Positions 20,347 to 29,713 of a stretch of DNA of 36,332 bases are shown here, in pieces. Each line of letters opens with the position of its first letter. The stretch's first letter is position 1. Both the position numbers and the translations under genes were made by a program. The stretch comes from Phormidesmis sp. (lineage in GTDB: Bacteria; Cyanobacteriota; Cyanobacteriia; Leptolyngbyales; Leptolyngbyaceae), in contig CBDFJR010000004.1 in the NCBI GenBank assembly GCA_965248535.1, positions 1 to 36,332 on the forward strand, written 5' to 3'. The notes under the pieces are model-generated. The model made no database searches. It was not told where the DNA came from and worked only from the letters and a program-made list of their open reading frames with translations.

Positions 20347-21639
20347 ATGCGTCAGATTAAAGCCTGGAAAACGTTTGGACTGTTGGCTCTGTTAGGCTGT
20401 GTGCTCAGTTGGCTGGTGAGTTGTGGCAGCGCCCCGTCGGGCAGCAATCAAGCATCGAACAAGCCAGAAGTCGAATTTTGGACGATGCAGCTTAAGCCGC
20501 AATACACCGATTATTTCAATCAACTGATCGCCGCTTTTGAGACGCAAAATCCGGGGGTTAAAATCCGCTGGGTTGACGTGCCTTGGGCAGAAATGGAGCG
20601 CAAGATTCTAACGGCGGTGGCAGCCAAAAGTGCGCCCGATGTGGTCAATCTCAACCCAAATTTTGCGACTCAGCTAGCCGAACGCAATGCTTGGTTAGAT
20701 CTCGATGCCAAGATTCCGGCTGAGGTGCGTCAGCAATATCTGTCAAATATCTGGCAGTCGAGCACGCTGAACGGCAAAAGCTTTGGCATTCCGTGGTATT
20801 TGACGACGAGAGTGGCGATTTATAACACTGACCTGTTAAAGCAGGCAGGAATCAGCAAACCTCCGGCGACTTATGCAGAGCTTGCTCAAGCCGCCAAACA
20901 AATTAAAGAAAAAACGGGAAAATATGCGTTTTTTGCAACGGCGGTGCCCGAAGATTCAGGTGAGATTCTCGAATCTTTTGTGCAAATGGGAGTGCCGTTA
21001 GTCGATGCTCAAGGAAAGGCAGCCTTCAACACTCCCCAAGGCAAAGCTGCTTTTGAATATTGGGTGAATCTGTACAAAAATGGACTGATGCCCAAAGAAG
21101 TGTTGACCGAGGGGCACCGTCACGCGATCGACCTTTATCAGCAGGGGCAAACCGCAATTTTGGCATCGGGGGCCGAGTTTTTGAAGACGATCGAGAAAAA
21201 CGCGCCCACGATCGCGCAAGTTTCAGCCTCGGCTCCTCAACTCACAGGTGACACAGGCAAAAAGAATATCGCAGTGATGGATTTGCTGATTCCCAAAGAC
21301 ACTGACCAGCCTGAGGCGGCGCTGAAGTTTGCGCTATTTGTCACCAATAATGAAAATCAGCTTGCTTTTGCTAAAGCTGCCAATGTTTTACCCTCCACGA
21401 TTAAAGCCTCGCAAGATAGCTATTTCACGACGGCTCCTGCCAATGCAACTGCGGTAGACAAAGCCAGAATTGTCAGTGCCAGTCAGCTTAAAAGTGCAGA
21501 AGTGTTGATTCCGGCGATGAAAAACGTTAAAGAATTGCAGAAAGCGATCTATCAAAATCTGCAAGCGGCGATGTTGGGGCAAAAGACCGTCGATCAGGCG
21601 ATCAACGATGCTGCCCAAGATTGGAATGGGCGATCGTGA
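20347..21639 (+). CDS. Carbohydrate ABC transporter substrate-binding lipoprotein (family 1)
   Basis: Lipobox LVSC; FWTMQL, APDVVNLNP and GIPWY...YNTDLLKQAG. Confidence 0.9.
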   Translation: MRQIKAWKTFGLLALLGCVLSWLVSCGSAPSGSNQASNKPEVEFWTMQLKPQYTDYFNQLIAAFETQNPGVKIRWVDVPWAEMERKILTAVAAKSAPDVVNLNPNFATQLAERNAWLDLDAKIPAEVRQQYLSNIWQSSTLNGKSFGIPWYLTTRVAIYNTDLLKQAGISKPPATYAELAQAAKQIKEKTGKYAFFATAVPEDSGEILESFVQMGVPLVDAQGKAAFNTPQGKAAFEYWVNLYKNGLMPKEVLTEGHRHAIDLYQQGQTAILASGAEFLKTIEKNAPTIAQVSASAPQLTGDTGKKNIAVMDLLIPKDTDQPEAALKFALFVTNNENQLAFAKAANVLPSTIKASQDSYFTTAPANATAVDKARIVSASQLKSAEVLIPAMKNVKELQKAIYQNLQAAMLGQKTVDQAINDAAQDWNGRS

Positions 21640-21680
21640 TTCTTGGTGCGCTCCCAGGTTCTATCGATCCATAATTATTT

Positions 21681-22538
21681 ATGAACCCACTGATCGAATC
21701 CAACGGATATCAGCCCCAGGCGATCGACACATCTATCGACAGCGATCGCTATCAGTTTCAGCTTTTGCGGCAAAAAACTCCGGGAGAACGGTTTGCGATC
21801 GCTGCCCAAATGATTCGCTGGGCAAAAACAGTGTCGCTACGCGGGATGAGGAAAGCGAGAGAAGACTTAGCGCCTGAATATTTTGCGAAGTCAGTGCTGC
21901 AAGAAAAATGGATTCCTCTATTAACCCCAACGGGAGACGAAACGATGTGGATTCAAGATCCTGGCGAAATTGCGCGAATCTTGCATTCTGTCTTGGAGTC
22001 ACTCAACATTCCCTACTACATCACTGGGGGAGTTTGCGCGATCGCCTATGGTGATCCTCGAACCACTCGCGCTCTAGATATTGTCGTGGAAGTTGAGCGA
22101 TCGCAAATTATGCCAATGGTTGACCAACTCGAAGCGGCCGGGTTTTACTGTCCCCCTAGTGCGGTTGAAGACATTCAATCAGGCAGAGCTAGGACGTTAA
22201 GCGTGACTCACAGGCAACTGATCCTAAATGCGGACATTGTTCTAAACGATGACACTGCCTTTGACCGCTCAAAAATGGCGCGACGGAGACTGGAAGCGAT
22301 CGGGTTAGATGAGTCTGAACGCTTTTGGCTGGCTTCGCCTGAAGATCTCATTCTTGCCAAACTGCTATGGGGACGGCAAAGCCAGTCAGAAAAACAATGG
22401 CGCGATGTTCTAGGAATTTTGAAGGTTCAGGGCGACAGGCTAGAGTTTGCCTATCTCACTCAATGGGCGGCGCGTTTGGATTTGATTGAGTTGCTCGATC
22501 GGGCATTGGTCGCAGCGGGAATCAAAGGAGTGTCTTAA
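21681..22538 (+). CDS. Nucleotidyltransferase-fold protein (MenT/AbiEii-like) with fused N-terminal helical domain
   Basis: YYITGG...YGDPRTTRALDIVV, ASPEDLILAKL and SEKQWRDV motifs; ~88-aa N-terminal extension. Confidence 0.75.
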   Translation: MNPLIESNGYQPQAIDTSIDSDRYQFQLLRQKTPGERFAIAAQMIRWAKTVSLRGMRKAREDLAPEYFAKSVLQEKWIPLLTPTGDETMWIQDPGEIARILHSVLESLNIPYYITGGVCAIAYGDPRTTRALDIVVEVERSQIMPMVDQLEAAGFYCPPSAVEDIQSGRARTLSVTHRQLILNADIVLNDDTAFDRSKMARRRLEAIGLDESERFWLASPEDLILAKLLWGRQSQSEKQWRDVLGILKVQGDRLEFAYLTQWAARLDLIELLDRALVAAGIKGVS

Positions 22539-22544
22539 AGCTAA

Positions 22545-23060
22545 TCAATCTATTGAGTAACCCATAAAAAAGAGTTCCGATGGTTCGTCATTCTCATAAA
22601 CAGTAAAGTAGAAACTTTCTCCACGTCCCATTTCATCAGCAAGCTCTCCCCATACGTCAAAATCTTCTTCATCAAGATACTCTTCCTGGATAATGACCTG
22701 CGCTACTAACTCACGTCCAGGAGTATTTGTTCTGAAAAGACGTATCAACCATTCGTTTGATAGAGGAGAAGATGCTAAGAAAGCTGGGGAGTCAGATATT
22801 CTTTGGATATCCAAGATCGAGCAAGTTCCAGATTCTTCACCTGCTTCAACAGCTTCTTCTATTGAGGAATGCTTTGCCCCAGGCGCAACTGAGTTTGCAT
22901 CAGGTGGAAATTGAAAATTAGACATGAATAAACTTGGGTCATGCATATACATGGCAGGATTGTATCGACCTGCTTCAAACTCGCGTTGACGAAGCCCTTG
23001 CAACGCAGCGCTAACATCTTTCTGATACTGAGTGAAATAGTAATACGGATGAGAAGCCAT
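22545..23060 (-). CDS. Acidic hypothetical protein (171 aa)
   Basis: Clean ORF from ATG 23060; AALQGLRQREF, GTCSILDI and ELFFMGYSID; very D/E-rich. Confidence 0.75.
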   Translation of the reverse strand: MASHPYYYFTQYQKDVSAALQGLRQREFEAGRYNPAMYMHDPSLFMSNFQFPPDANSVAPGAKHSSIEEAVEAGEESGTCSILDIQRISDSPAFLASSPLSNEWLIRLFRTNTPGRELVAQVIIQEEYLDEEDFDVWGELADEMGRGESFYFTVYENDEPSELFFMGYSID

Positions 23061-23191
23061 AGGAAACCTCGTGCAAATTCACTCTATATTTCCCAAAATA
23101 TGTCCTAATGATCGTTTTATTGTGAAAAGTCCGTTGAAACGCGCTGAGGAGGTTGAATCGTTTGCCGAGTATACTCCAGTGAACTTTTTCC

Positions 23192-24511
23192 TCAAATCGT
23201 TGATCGCGTCTTCTCAAAAAAATCACCAATCAAGTACAGCGATCCACAGAGCACGATCGGGGCTTCCTCCGACTTCTGCATCGCTGACTCTAATCCAGCA
23301 AACACATCTTCATGAACGCAACAATCAGCCAATTCAGGACAAATTTTCTTTGCTAACACCGCCAACTCTTGAGGGTTTGCCGAACTGTGACCCGGAACGG
23401 GAACGAGAGAAACCCGATCGCCGCTTCTCAGCAGTGCTTTAAACACGTCGGCGTGATCTTTCGTTGATAACATTCCCATTACCCAATGGATCGGAGATTT
23501 TTCTAAGGTGTCTATAAATTGACGCAGCACCTCAGCGCTAGCAGGATTGTGGGCACCATCAATGAGAATCTGACGATCTTTGTAATCGAACCACTGCATC
23601 CGTCCGGGCCATTGTGTTTTGGCAATGCCGTTAGTGATGGCTTCGTCAGGAAACTCCCAGCCGTCTTGTCTGAGCAATTGCAGCGCCGCGATCGCCAACG
23701 CCGAGTTATGCAACTGAATCGCTCCCTGCAACGGCACCTGATAGTGAAAGGATTTGACTAACTCGATCGAGCCTTCTTCGCCTGTCTCTAGCTTTAGCTC
23801 ATATTCTTCGGTGCCTTGATAGTCTGCCCAACCGTTGCCGAGATTTTTGGCAGGCTTGGGGTAGATTGTGGGGCAATTTAACGCCAAGGCGCGACGATTG
23901 ACCACGGCTGCTGCCTCGCTGGGAATTTGACCGATCACTGCTGGACAGTCGGGTTTGAGAATGCCTGCTTTTTCGCGGGCGATGTCTGCGAGGGTGGGGC
24001 CGAGGCGCTGCCAGTGCTCTAAGCTGAGGGAGGTAATCACCGTGACGAGGGGACGATCGCAGACATTCGTCGCGTCTAACCGTCCGCCCAAGCCGACCTC
24101 GATCACGGCCAGATCGACCTTTTGTTGAGCAAAATAGAGCCACATCGCTGCGGTGAGCACTTCAAATTGAGTTGGAGAGGGGCGATCGGGGCGAATGGCT
24201 GCTTCAACCTGCTGCAACACTTGCTGGAGATCTTCGGGTGAAATGGGCTGGTCACGGATACAAATGCGTTCACACCAATTCACCAGATGCGGCGAGGTGT
24301 AGCGCCCCACTCGATAGCCTGCTTCGGTCAACACGGCCGACAGATAGGCGCATACAGAACCTTTGCCATTGCTTCCGGCAACGTGAATAATCGGCACCCG
24401 ATCGTGGGGGTCGCCCAACTCTGCCAACAGGTGTTGAATCGCGTCTAAGCCGAGATTGACTCCGAAGTGCTCAAATTTTTCGAGGAAGGCGGCGATCGAG
24501 GAATGCGTCAT
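23192..24511 (-). CDS. folC: Dihydrofolate synthase / folylpolyglutamate synthase
   Basis: IHVAGSNGKGS, YTSPHL, EVGLGGRLDATNV, EKAGI, WPGR, DGAHN and CGSLYLIG. Confidence 0.97.
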   Translation of the reverse strand: MTHSSIAAFLEKFEHFGVNLGLDAIQHLLAELGDPHDRVPIIHVAGSNGKGSVCAYLSAVLTEAGYRVGRYTSPHLVNWCERICIRDQPISPEDLQQVLQQVEAAIRPDRPSPTQFEVLTAAMWLYFAQQKVDLAVIEVGLGGRLDATNVCDRPLVTVITSLSLEHWQRLGPTLADIAREKAGILKPDCPAVIGQIPSEAAAVVNRRALALNCPTIYPKPAKNLGNGWADYQGTEEYELKLETGEEGSIELVKSFHYQVPLQGAIQLHNSALAIAALQLLRQDGWEFPDEAITNGIAKTQWPGRMQWFDYKDRQILIDGAHNPASAEVLRQFIDTLEKSPIHWVMGMLSTKDHADVFKALLRSGDRVSLVPVPGHSSANPQELAVLAKKICPELADCCVHEDVFAGLESAMQKSEEAPIVLCGSLYLIGDFFEKTRSTI

Positions 24512-24555
24512 GAAGGATCGTGGATTGGATAATGTCGGTTAGTTGCAAGGGCCCT

Positions 24556-24580
24556 GGGCACGGCAATGCCATGCCCGTAC
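24556..24580. repeat. Degenerate REP-like palindrome
   Basis: GGGCACGGCA-a-TGCCATGCCC-GTAC; hairpin with a terminal tetranucleotide resembling GTAG/CTAC-class REP elements. Confidence 0.55.
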
Positions 24581-24674
24581 ATTGCTAGATGGAATTAAAA
24601 TCAACGCGATCGGATTCTGAATCCTCCAACCCTTATGGTATTCTTCTGTTCTTGTTTGATCCATGCGTTGTTCG

Positions 24675-25595
24675 ATGAAAAAAATTCTGTTTTCCGGGTT
24701 TCTGTTTCTATCTTTAGTGGCGCTGTCAGCCTGTAACTCGACGACCTCGCCAGAAGCGGCTAAACCTGCGGCTCAATCTAAAACTTTTACGACGGGGGCG
24801 ATTCCTGACCAAGATCCCGAAAAGTTGCAGCGTCTTTACAGTAAATTGTCCAAATATTTAGAAGCCGAGTTAAAGGTGCCCGTTGTCTATAAGCCTGTGA
24901 CGGACTATACGGCGGCGGTGACTGCCTTTAAGGTTGGCGACCTAGACATGGTGTGGTTTGGCGGTTTGACGGGGGTGCAGGCGCGCTTGCAGGTGCCGGG
25001 GGCTGAAGCGATCGCGCAACGAGATATCGATGCTCAGTTTCACAGTGTGTTTATTGCCAACAAAAAAAGTGGACTTCAGCCGATTCAAGATCTCAAAGAT
25101 CTGACCGTTTTGAAGGGTCACAGTTTCACGTTTGGCAGCGAGTCTTCGACTTCAGGGCGCTTGATGCCGCAATATTTTCTTCAGCAAGCCGGGGTGAAAT
25201 TAGAGGGCGATTTCAAAGGGCAGGCGGGGTTTTCTAAAAATCACGATGCCACGATCGAGCTAGTCACCGCAGGCACCTATGATGCGGGCGTATTGAATGA
25301 GCAAGTTTGGAAAAAGCGCATTAAAGAGGGCAAAGTTGATCTCAATCAGGTTGAGGTGATTTGGCGATCGCCCGCTTTTTTTGATTATCACTGGGTGATG
25401 AATCCGAGTGTGAAAGAGCGATTTGGAGCCGATTTTTCGCAAAAGGTGCAGGCTGCGCTGATGAAACTCGATCCCAATGTGCCTGATCAAAAAGAGATTC
25501 TGGAACTGTTTGGGGCGGCTAAGTTTGTGCCGACGAAAAACGAGAACTATGCGACGATCGAGCAAGTTGGAAGAGCGATCGGCAAGATTAAATGA
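24675..25595 (+). CDS. PhnD-like ABC substrate-binding lipoprotein (putative selenate/oxyanion subfamily)
   Basis: MKKILF start and lipobox LSAC; AIPDQDPEKL, WFGGLTGVQAR, FGSESSTSGRLMP and DYHW. Alternative start at 24663. Confidence 0.85.
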   Translation: MKKILFSGFLFLSLVALSACNSTTSPEAAKPAAQSKTFTTGAIPDQDPEKLQRLYSKLSKYLEAELKVPVVYKPVTDYTAAVTAFKVGDLDMVWFGGLTGVQARLQVPGAEAIAQRDIDAQFHSVFIANKKSGLQPIQDLKDLTVLKGHSFTFGSESSTSGRLMPQYFLQQAGVKLEGDFKGQAGFSKNHDATIELVTAGTYDAGVLNEQVWKKRIKEGKVDLNQVEVIWRSPAFFDYHWVMNPSVKERFGADFSQKVQAALMKLDPNVPDQKEILELFGAAKFVPTKNENYATIEQVGRAIGKIK

Positions 25596-26353
25596 CGGTT
25601 CCAGCCCCCGTTTTTGAACTCAAGCAGGTGTCTCAGCAGTTTGGCAATTTTTTGGCACTGACGGATATCAATCTGCAAATCTATTCTCATGAGCGGGTGG
25701 CGCTAGTGGGGTCAAGCGGGGCTGGAAAAAGCACGCTGCTGCGATTGTTGAATGGCAGCGTGCGATCGACCCAGGGCGAAGTCTGGGCAATGGGAAGAAA
25801 TCTGAGCCAACTCAATGCAAAGCGGCTGCGGCAAGTTCAACAGCAAATTGGCACGATTTATCAACAGTTGCATTTAGTGGATAATCTGCGAGTGATTCAC
25901 AACGTTAACGCCGGACACTTGGGGCGATGGTCATTTTTGAAAGCGTTAACGTCTTTGATCGTGCCGTTAGAAACTGAGACTGCGATCGCCGCTTTGAGTC
26001 AAGTGGGCATTGCTGAAAAGGTCTATGAGCGCACCGATCGGCTTTCAGGCGGACAGCAGCAGCGAGTCGCGATCGCCAGAGTGCTGGTTCAAAATCCGCT
26101 AGTGATTTTGGCAGACGAACCGATCGCGAGTCTTGACCCCGAACTTAGCCGAGAGGTTATGGATTTGCTGCAAACCCTTGCCCAACAAGCCGATCGGACT
26201 TTAGTGATTAGTTTGCATGATGTCGATTTTGCGCGAAGTCACTGCGATCGCATGATCGGGTTACGGCAGGGAAAAATTCTTTTCGATGCGGCTCCTCAGC
26301 AAGTCTCCTCTGATCTGATCGCCGATTTATATCGATTGGATTCCCACTCATGA
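25592..26353 (+). CDS. PhnC-like ABC ATP-binding protein
   Basis: GSSGAGKST, LSGGQQQRVAIAR, ADEPIASLDP and SLH motifs; ATGA overlap with the upstream gene. Confidence 0.93.
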   Translation: MTVPAPVFELKQVSQQFGNFLALTDINLQIYSHERVALVGSSGAGKSTLLRLLNGSVRSTQGEVWAMGRNLSQLNAKRLRQVQQQIGTIYQQLHLVDNLRVIHNVNAGHLGRWSFLKALTSLIVPLETETAIAALSQVGIAEKVYERTDRLSGGQQQRVAIARVLVQNPLVILADEPIASLDPELSREVMDLLQTLAQQADRTLVISLHDVDFARSHCDRMIGLRQGKILFDAAPQQVSSDLIADLYRLDSHS

Positions 26354-27984
26354 GGGTGATCACTCCTGCATTCAAATGGGGTTTGATCGGGGTTGCCGCA
26401 ATCGTACTCTCACTTCTGCAAGCCGGACTTTTTCGACAAGATTTATTCAATCTCAACGGTGTGCCGCTCCTGTGGAGATTTATAGTTGCTAGCGTTCATC
26501 CAGATTTTAGCGTTGAGTTACTTCAAACTACTTTTAATGCAACGATCGCTACATTGGCGTATGCAGTCTGCGGTACGTTTTTTAGCTTAATTTTAGGAAT
26601 GATTGGCGGCGTTTTAGCTTCTGAGGTTTTGTGGTTGTCGTTTGGGTTGCCTTCGCGTTTTTGGCTAGTGATTCGAGCGATGATCGCGATTCCTCGCGCT
26701 ATTCATGAATTGATCTGGGGACTGTTTTTTGTCAACATTTGGGGACTCGATCCTTTAACGGCGATCGTGGCGATCGCGATTCCGTTTGGCGCAATCACCG
26801 CGAAAGTGTTTTCTGAAATTCTAGACGAAACGCCGCGCCAGCCACTATTGACTTTGCTAAATAGCGGTGTTCCTCCGCTCACTGCCTTTTTCTATAGCCT
26901 ATTACCCCAAGCGTTTCTAAATCTATTGTCTTATGGATTCTATCGGTTTGAATGCTCCATTCGTTCGGCTGCTGTGTTGGGAATTATCGGCGCAGGTGGG
27001 TTGGGGCATGAAATCTTTCTCAGCTTGCAATCACTGCGCTATGAGCAACTTTGGACGTTTTTCTATGCGCTGTTTATTCTCAACGGATTGGTTGATCTGA
27101 GCAGCGCCGGGTTGCGACGACGATTGGGATGTTCTAGCCGTCTCGATTTGAACCTTCCCACAAAAAGAAAGATCACTCAAAAATCGACTCAGAGTTATTG
27201 GCTGCTGATTCCGATTTCTCTGGTTCTGCTGGTTCTTTGTTTTAGGTTTATCAATCCTGATTTCAGCAAACTTTGGGCCCCACGCACTCAGCAATTATTG
27301 GGTCAGTTTGTGCAGTCTGCCTGGCCGCCCGATCTCAGTGGAGTGCCGCAGTTAGTTCCGCAAGCGATCGAGACCGTTTCGATGTCGGTGCTGGCGATCG
27401 CGTTCTCGGCGGTTGGGGGTCTGCTGCTTGCATTCCCGGCGGCTAACAATTTCTTTTTGCCGGGGGGTCTGCTTAATCAGCAAGGCAAAAGCAGCTTAGT
27501 GCCGCAAATGATGCTAATCGGGTCACGAGCCGTTTTGCTGATGTGTCGGGCGATTCCGGCTCCGATTTGGGCACTGGTCGTTCTATTTGTCTTGTTTCCA
27601 GGCATTTTACCCGGCGCGATCGCCCTCGGTCTACACAATCTAGGCATTTTGGGGCGCTTGATGGCAGAAGTGATCGAAAATCAAGATCAGCGTCCGCTCG
27701 AAGCGCTCAAAGCTCAGGGAACCCCAAACTCGCTGATTTTTCTCTATGGAGTTTTGCCCCTCACCCTACCGCGATTTTTAGCCTATTCGCTCTATCGATG
27801 GGAGGTCTGTATGCGTGAAACCGTGATCGTCGGGCTGGTCGGCGCAGGCGGCCTCGGACGATCGCTGACCGAGCAACTGAGCAGCTTTGATTATCGAGCG
27901 CTGATCGTCACGCTAGCAGGCTTTTTAATGCTGACTTTTTTAGTCGATTGGGTCAGCGCCACCGCCCGGCGATCGCTGCGATAA
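26350..27984 (+). CDS. PhnE/PtxC-like ABC permease with two fused permease domains
   Basis: Two repeats: RAIHE...YRFECSIRSAAVLGIIGAGGLG and RAIPA...YRWEVCMRETVIVGLVGAGGLG. Confidence 0.9.
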   Translation: MRVITPAFKWGLIGVAAIVLSLLQAGLFRQDLFNLNGVPLLWRFIVASVHPDFSVELLQTTFNATIATLAYAVCGTFFSLILGMIGGVLASEVLWLSFGLPSRFWLVIRAMIAIPRAIHELIWGLFFVNIWGLDPLTAIVAIAIPFGAITAKVFSEILDETPRQPLLTLLNSGVPPLTAFFYSLLPQAFLNLLSYGFYRFECSIRSAAVLGIIGAGGLGHEIFLSLQSLRYEQLWTFFYALFILNGLVDLSSAGLRRRLGCSSRLDLNLPTKRKITQKSTQSYWLLIPISLVLLVLCFRFINPDFSKLWAPRTQQLLGQFVQSAWPPDLSGVPQLVPQAIETVSMSVLAIAFSAVGGLLLAFPAANNFFLPGGLLNQQGKSSLVPQMMLIGSRAVLLMCRAIPAPIWALVVLFVLFPGILPGAIALGLHNLGILGRLMAEVIENQDQRPLEALKAQGTPNSLIFLYGVLPLTLPRFLAYSLYRWEVCMRETVIVGLVGAGGLGRSLTEQLSSFDYRALIVTLAGFLMLTFLVDWVSATARRSLR

Positions 27985-27986
27985 TT

Positions 27987-29372
27987 TCACAGATTGTCGT
28001 CAACAAGCCGGGGAATTTTGACGGTAACCTTGGTGCCGACTCCTTCTTGACTGTCTACTAAAATCTGGCCGTTTTGCAGATCGACACACTTTTTGACCAC
28101 AGCTAAACCTAACCCAGTCCCCGCGATCGCATTAGCCTTTTGACCTCGATAAAATGGCTCAAACAGGCTCTCTTGATCCGTTTGTGAAATGCCCATGCCC
28201 TGATCGCAAACTTGAAAGATAATAGTGTCGCGATCGCAGCTTAAAATTAGCTGAATCGTTCCTCCTTGAGGCGAATATTTCACTGCATTTGACAATAAAT
28301 TACTGAAAATTGAATAAAGAAGCTTTTCATCTAACTGAGCATGACTATAGTCACACTGGCTAATTAGTCGAAATGAATGAGTTGCCAGGCTAGAACACTC
28401 CAAATCCTCAATTAAGTTCAGACAAAATGCTTCTAAATCAACTGACTCTGGTCTGCACTCTAACTTACCTGCTTCGGCTCTAGTCAGAGTTAAAATATCG
28501 GTCAATAATTGCACCATTAGCTTTGCAGAAGATTGAATCCGCTGCAAACTTTTCTCTTTTCGGTCTGCTGTCCACGGTTGATGACAGTCTAAAAGCAATT
28601 GCGCTGATCCTAAAATCACACTTAATGGAGTTCTAAACTCGTGAGAAACCATTGAAAAAAAACGCAGCTTAAGCTCACTCATCTCCTTTTGTTGAGCTAA
28701 TTGATGTTGAATTGCTTCTGCATTTTGCCGTTTAATCAACTGTGAATAAAAGGCAAAAAAGCCCGAAAACAACAGTGAAAATCCCAAAATGTTCAACCCA
28801 ATCTCGATCAATCTTCTGGTACGAGTGCTGGTCTGATATTGAACGATCGACCGCTTTAAATTCTGTTCTTCTTCAAATTGCATGTCAGCAATGACCGCCT
28901 GAATCTGCCCTCGCAGTTGAACACTGCGATCGGTGATTTTAGTCTGCTCAATCACTGTGTCTTGATCGGTTTGGCGCAGATCGATCGACCGAGCCAAAAG
29001 CGCTAACCTTTGCTGAATGAGTGCCTCTAACTGCACAAGGCGCTGGGACTGCTGGGGGTGATCTGACATTAACCATCTTAGGGTGGTCAACTCAGGCTCA
29101 AACTGAGCGATCGCGACTTGATAGCGGGTTAGCTCTTGACGATCGCCATAGTAGATATACCCCCGTCGCCCCGACTCAGCCACGGTCATGGTCGAAAAGA
29201 CATTCCCCAAGGTTTTGATTACTTCATAGGTCTGCTGCGATTTTTTGCTGCTCTCGATTAGCTCAGTCGCATTTTGATACGAGACAAAACTGCCGCTTCC
29301 CATCAGCAGGGTCAACAGCCCAAACCCTGCCGCCAGCCATTTTCCTTCAGACGACCACTTAAAAAAAGTCAT
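27987..29372 (-). CDS. CHASE3-domain sensor histidine kinase
   Basis: TM helix, AESGRRGY...Y CHASE3 pattern, TM helix, H-box SHEFRTPL, NLLSNAVKYS, DQGMGI and GTGLGL. Start at ATG 29372 or TTG 29399. Confidence 0.92.
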   Translation of the reverse strand: MTFFKWSSEGKWLAAGFGLLTLLMGSGSFVSYQNATELIESSKKSQQTYEVIKTLGNVFSTMTVAESGRRGYIYYGDRQELTRYQVAIAQFEPELTTLRWLMSDHPQQSQRLVQLEALIQQRLALLARSIDLRQTDQDTVIEQTKITDRSVQLRGQIQAVIADMQFEEEQNLKRSIVQYQTSTRTRRLIEIGLNILGFSLLFSGFFAFYSQLIKRQNAEAIQHQLAQQKEMSELKLRFFSMVSHEFRTPLSVILGSAQLLLDCHQPWTADRKEKSLQRIQSSAKLMVQLLTDILTLTRAEAGKLECRPESVDLEAFCLNLIEDLECSSLATHSFRLISQCDYSHAQLDEKLLYSIFSNLLSNAVKYSPQGGTIQLILSCDRDTIIFQVCDQGMGISQTDQESLFEPFYRGQKANAIAGTGLGLAVVKKCVDLQNGQILVDSQEGVGTKVTVKIPRLVDDNL

Positions 29373-29713
29373 GCTCCTATTTTCTGAGGTCAGCCGCAAA
29401 ATTCAATATTTTAAAGTTGTGGAGACTCAAGTTTAAGAAATAATAACTATTCTGTCACGGAAGAATCTTCAAGTTTAAAGATTGGTTGTGTTCAACATAC
29501 CAGTACGGTATATTGACAACCATCAATTAAGGCTTTTATTCAGCCTTTTTCAGTATTTACACATATCAGTCATTGTGGTTGATCTGAGTCAAGATCGTCC
29601 CCGGTTGCTGACGTGTCAACGTGTGTTCTAGGAGTCATTGAACGCAGACAGTTTGTGCTGCCCGTTCAGTCACGCCGTCTATCGTTAATTTTTGACCAGT
29701 TTGGGCTAAACTC

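Noticed and set aside
23071..23442. 123-aa plus-strand ORF overlapping the folC 3' end
   Set aside because: Mostly antisense to folC, with no motif.
23745..23825. Acidic stretch in FolC (EEYELKLETGEEGSIE)
   Set aside because: It falls in a variable loop region; no sign of an intein or separate domain.
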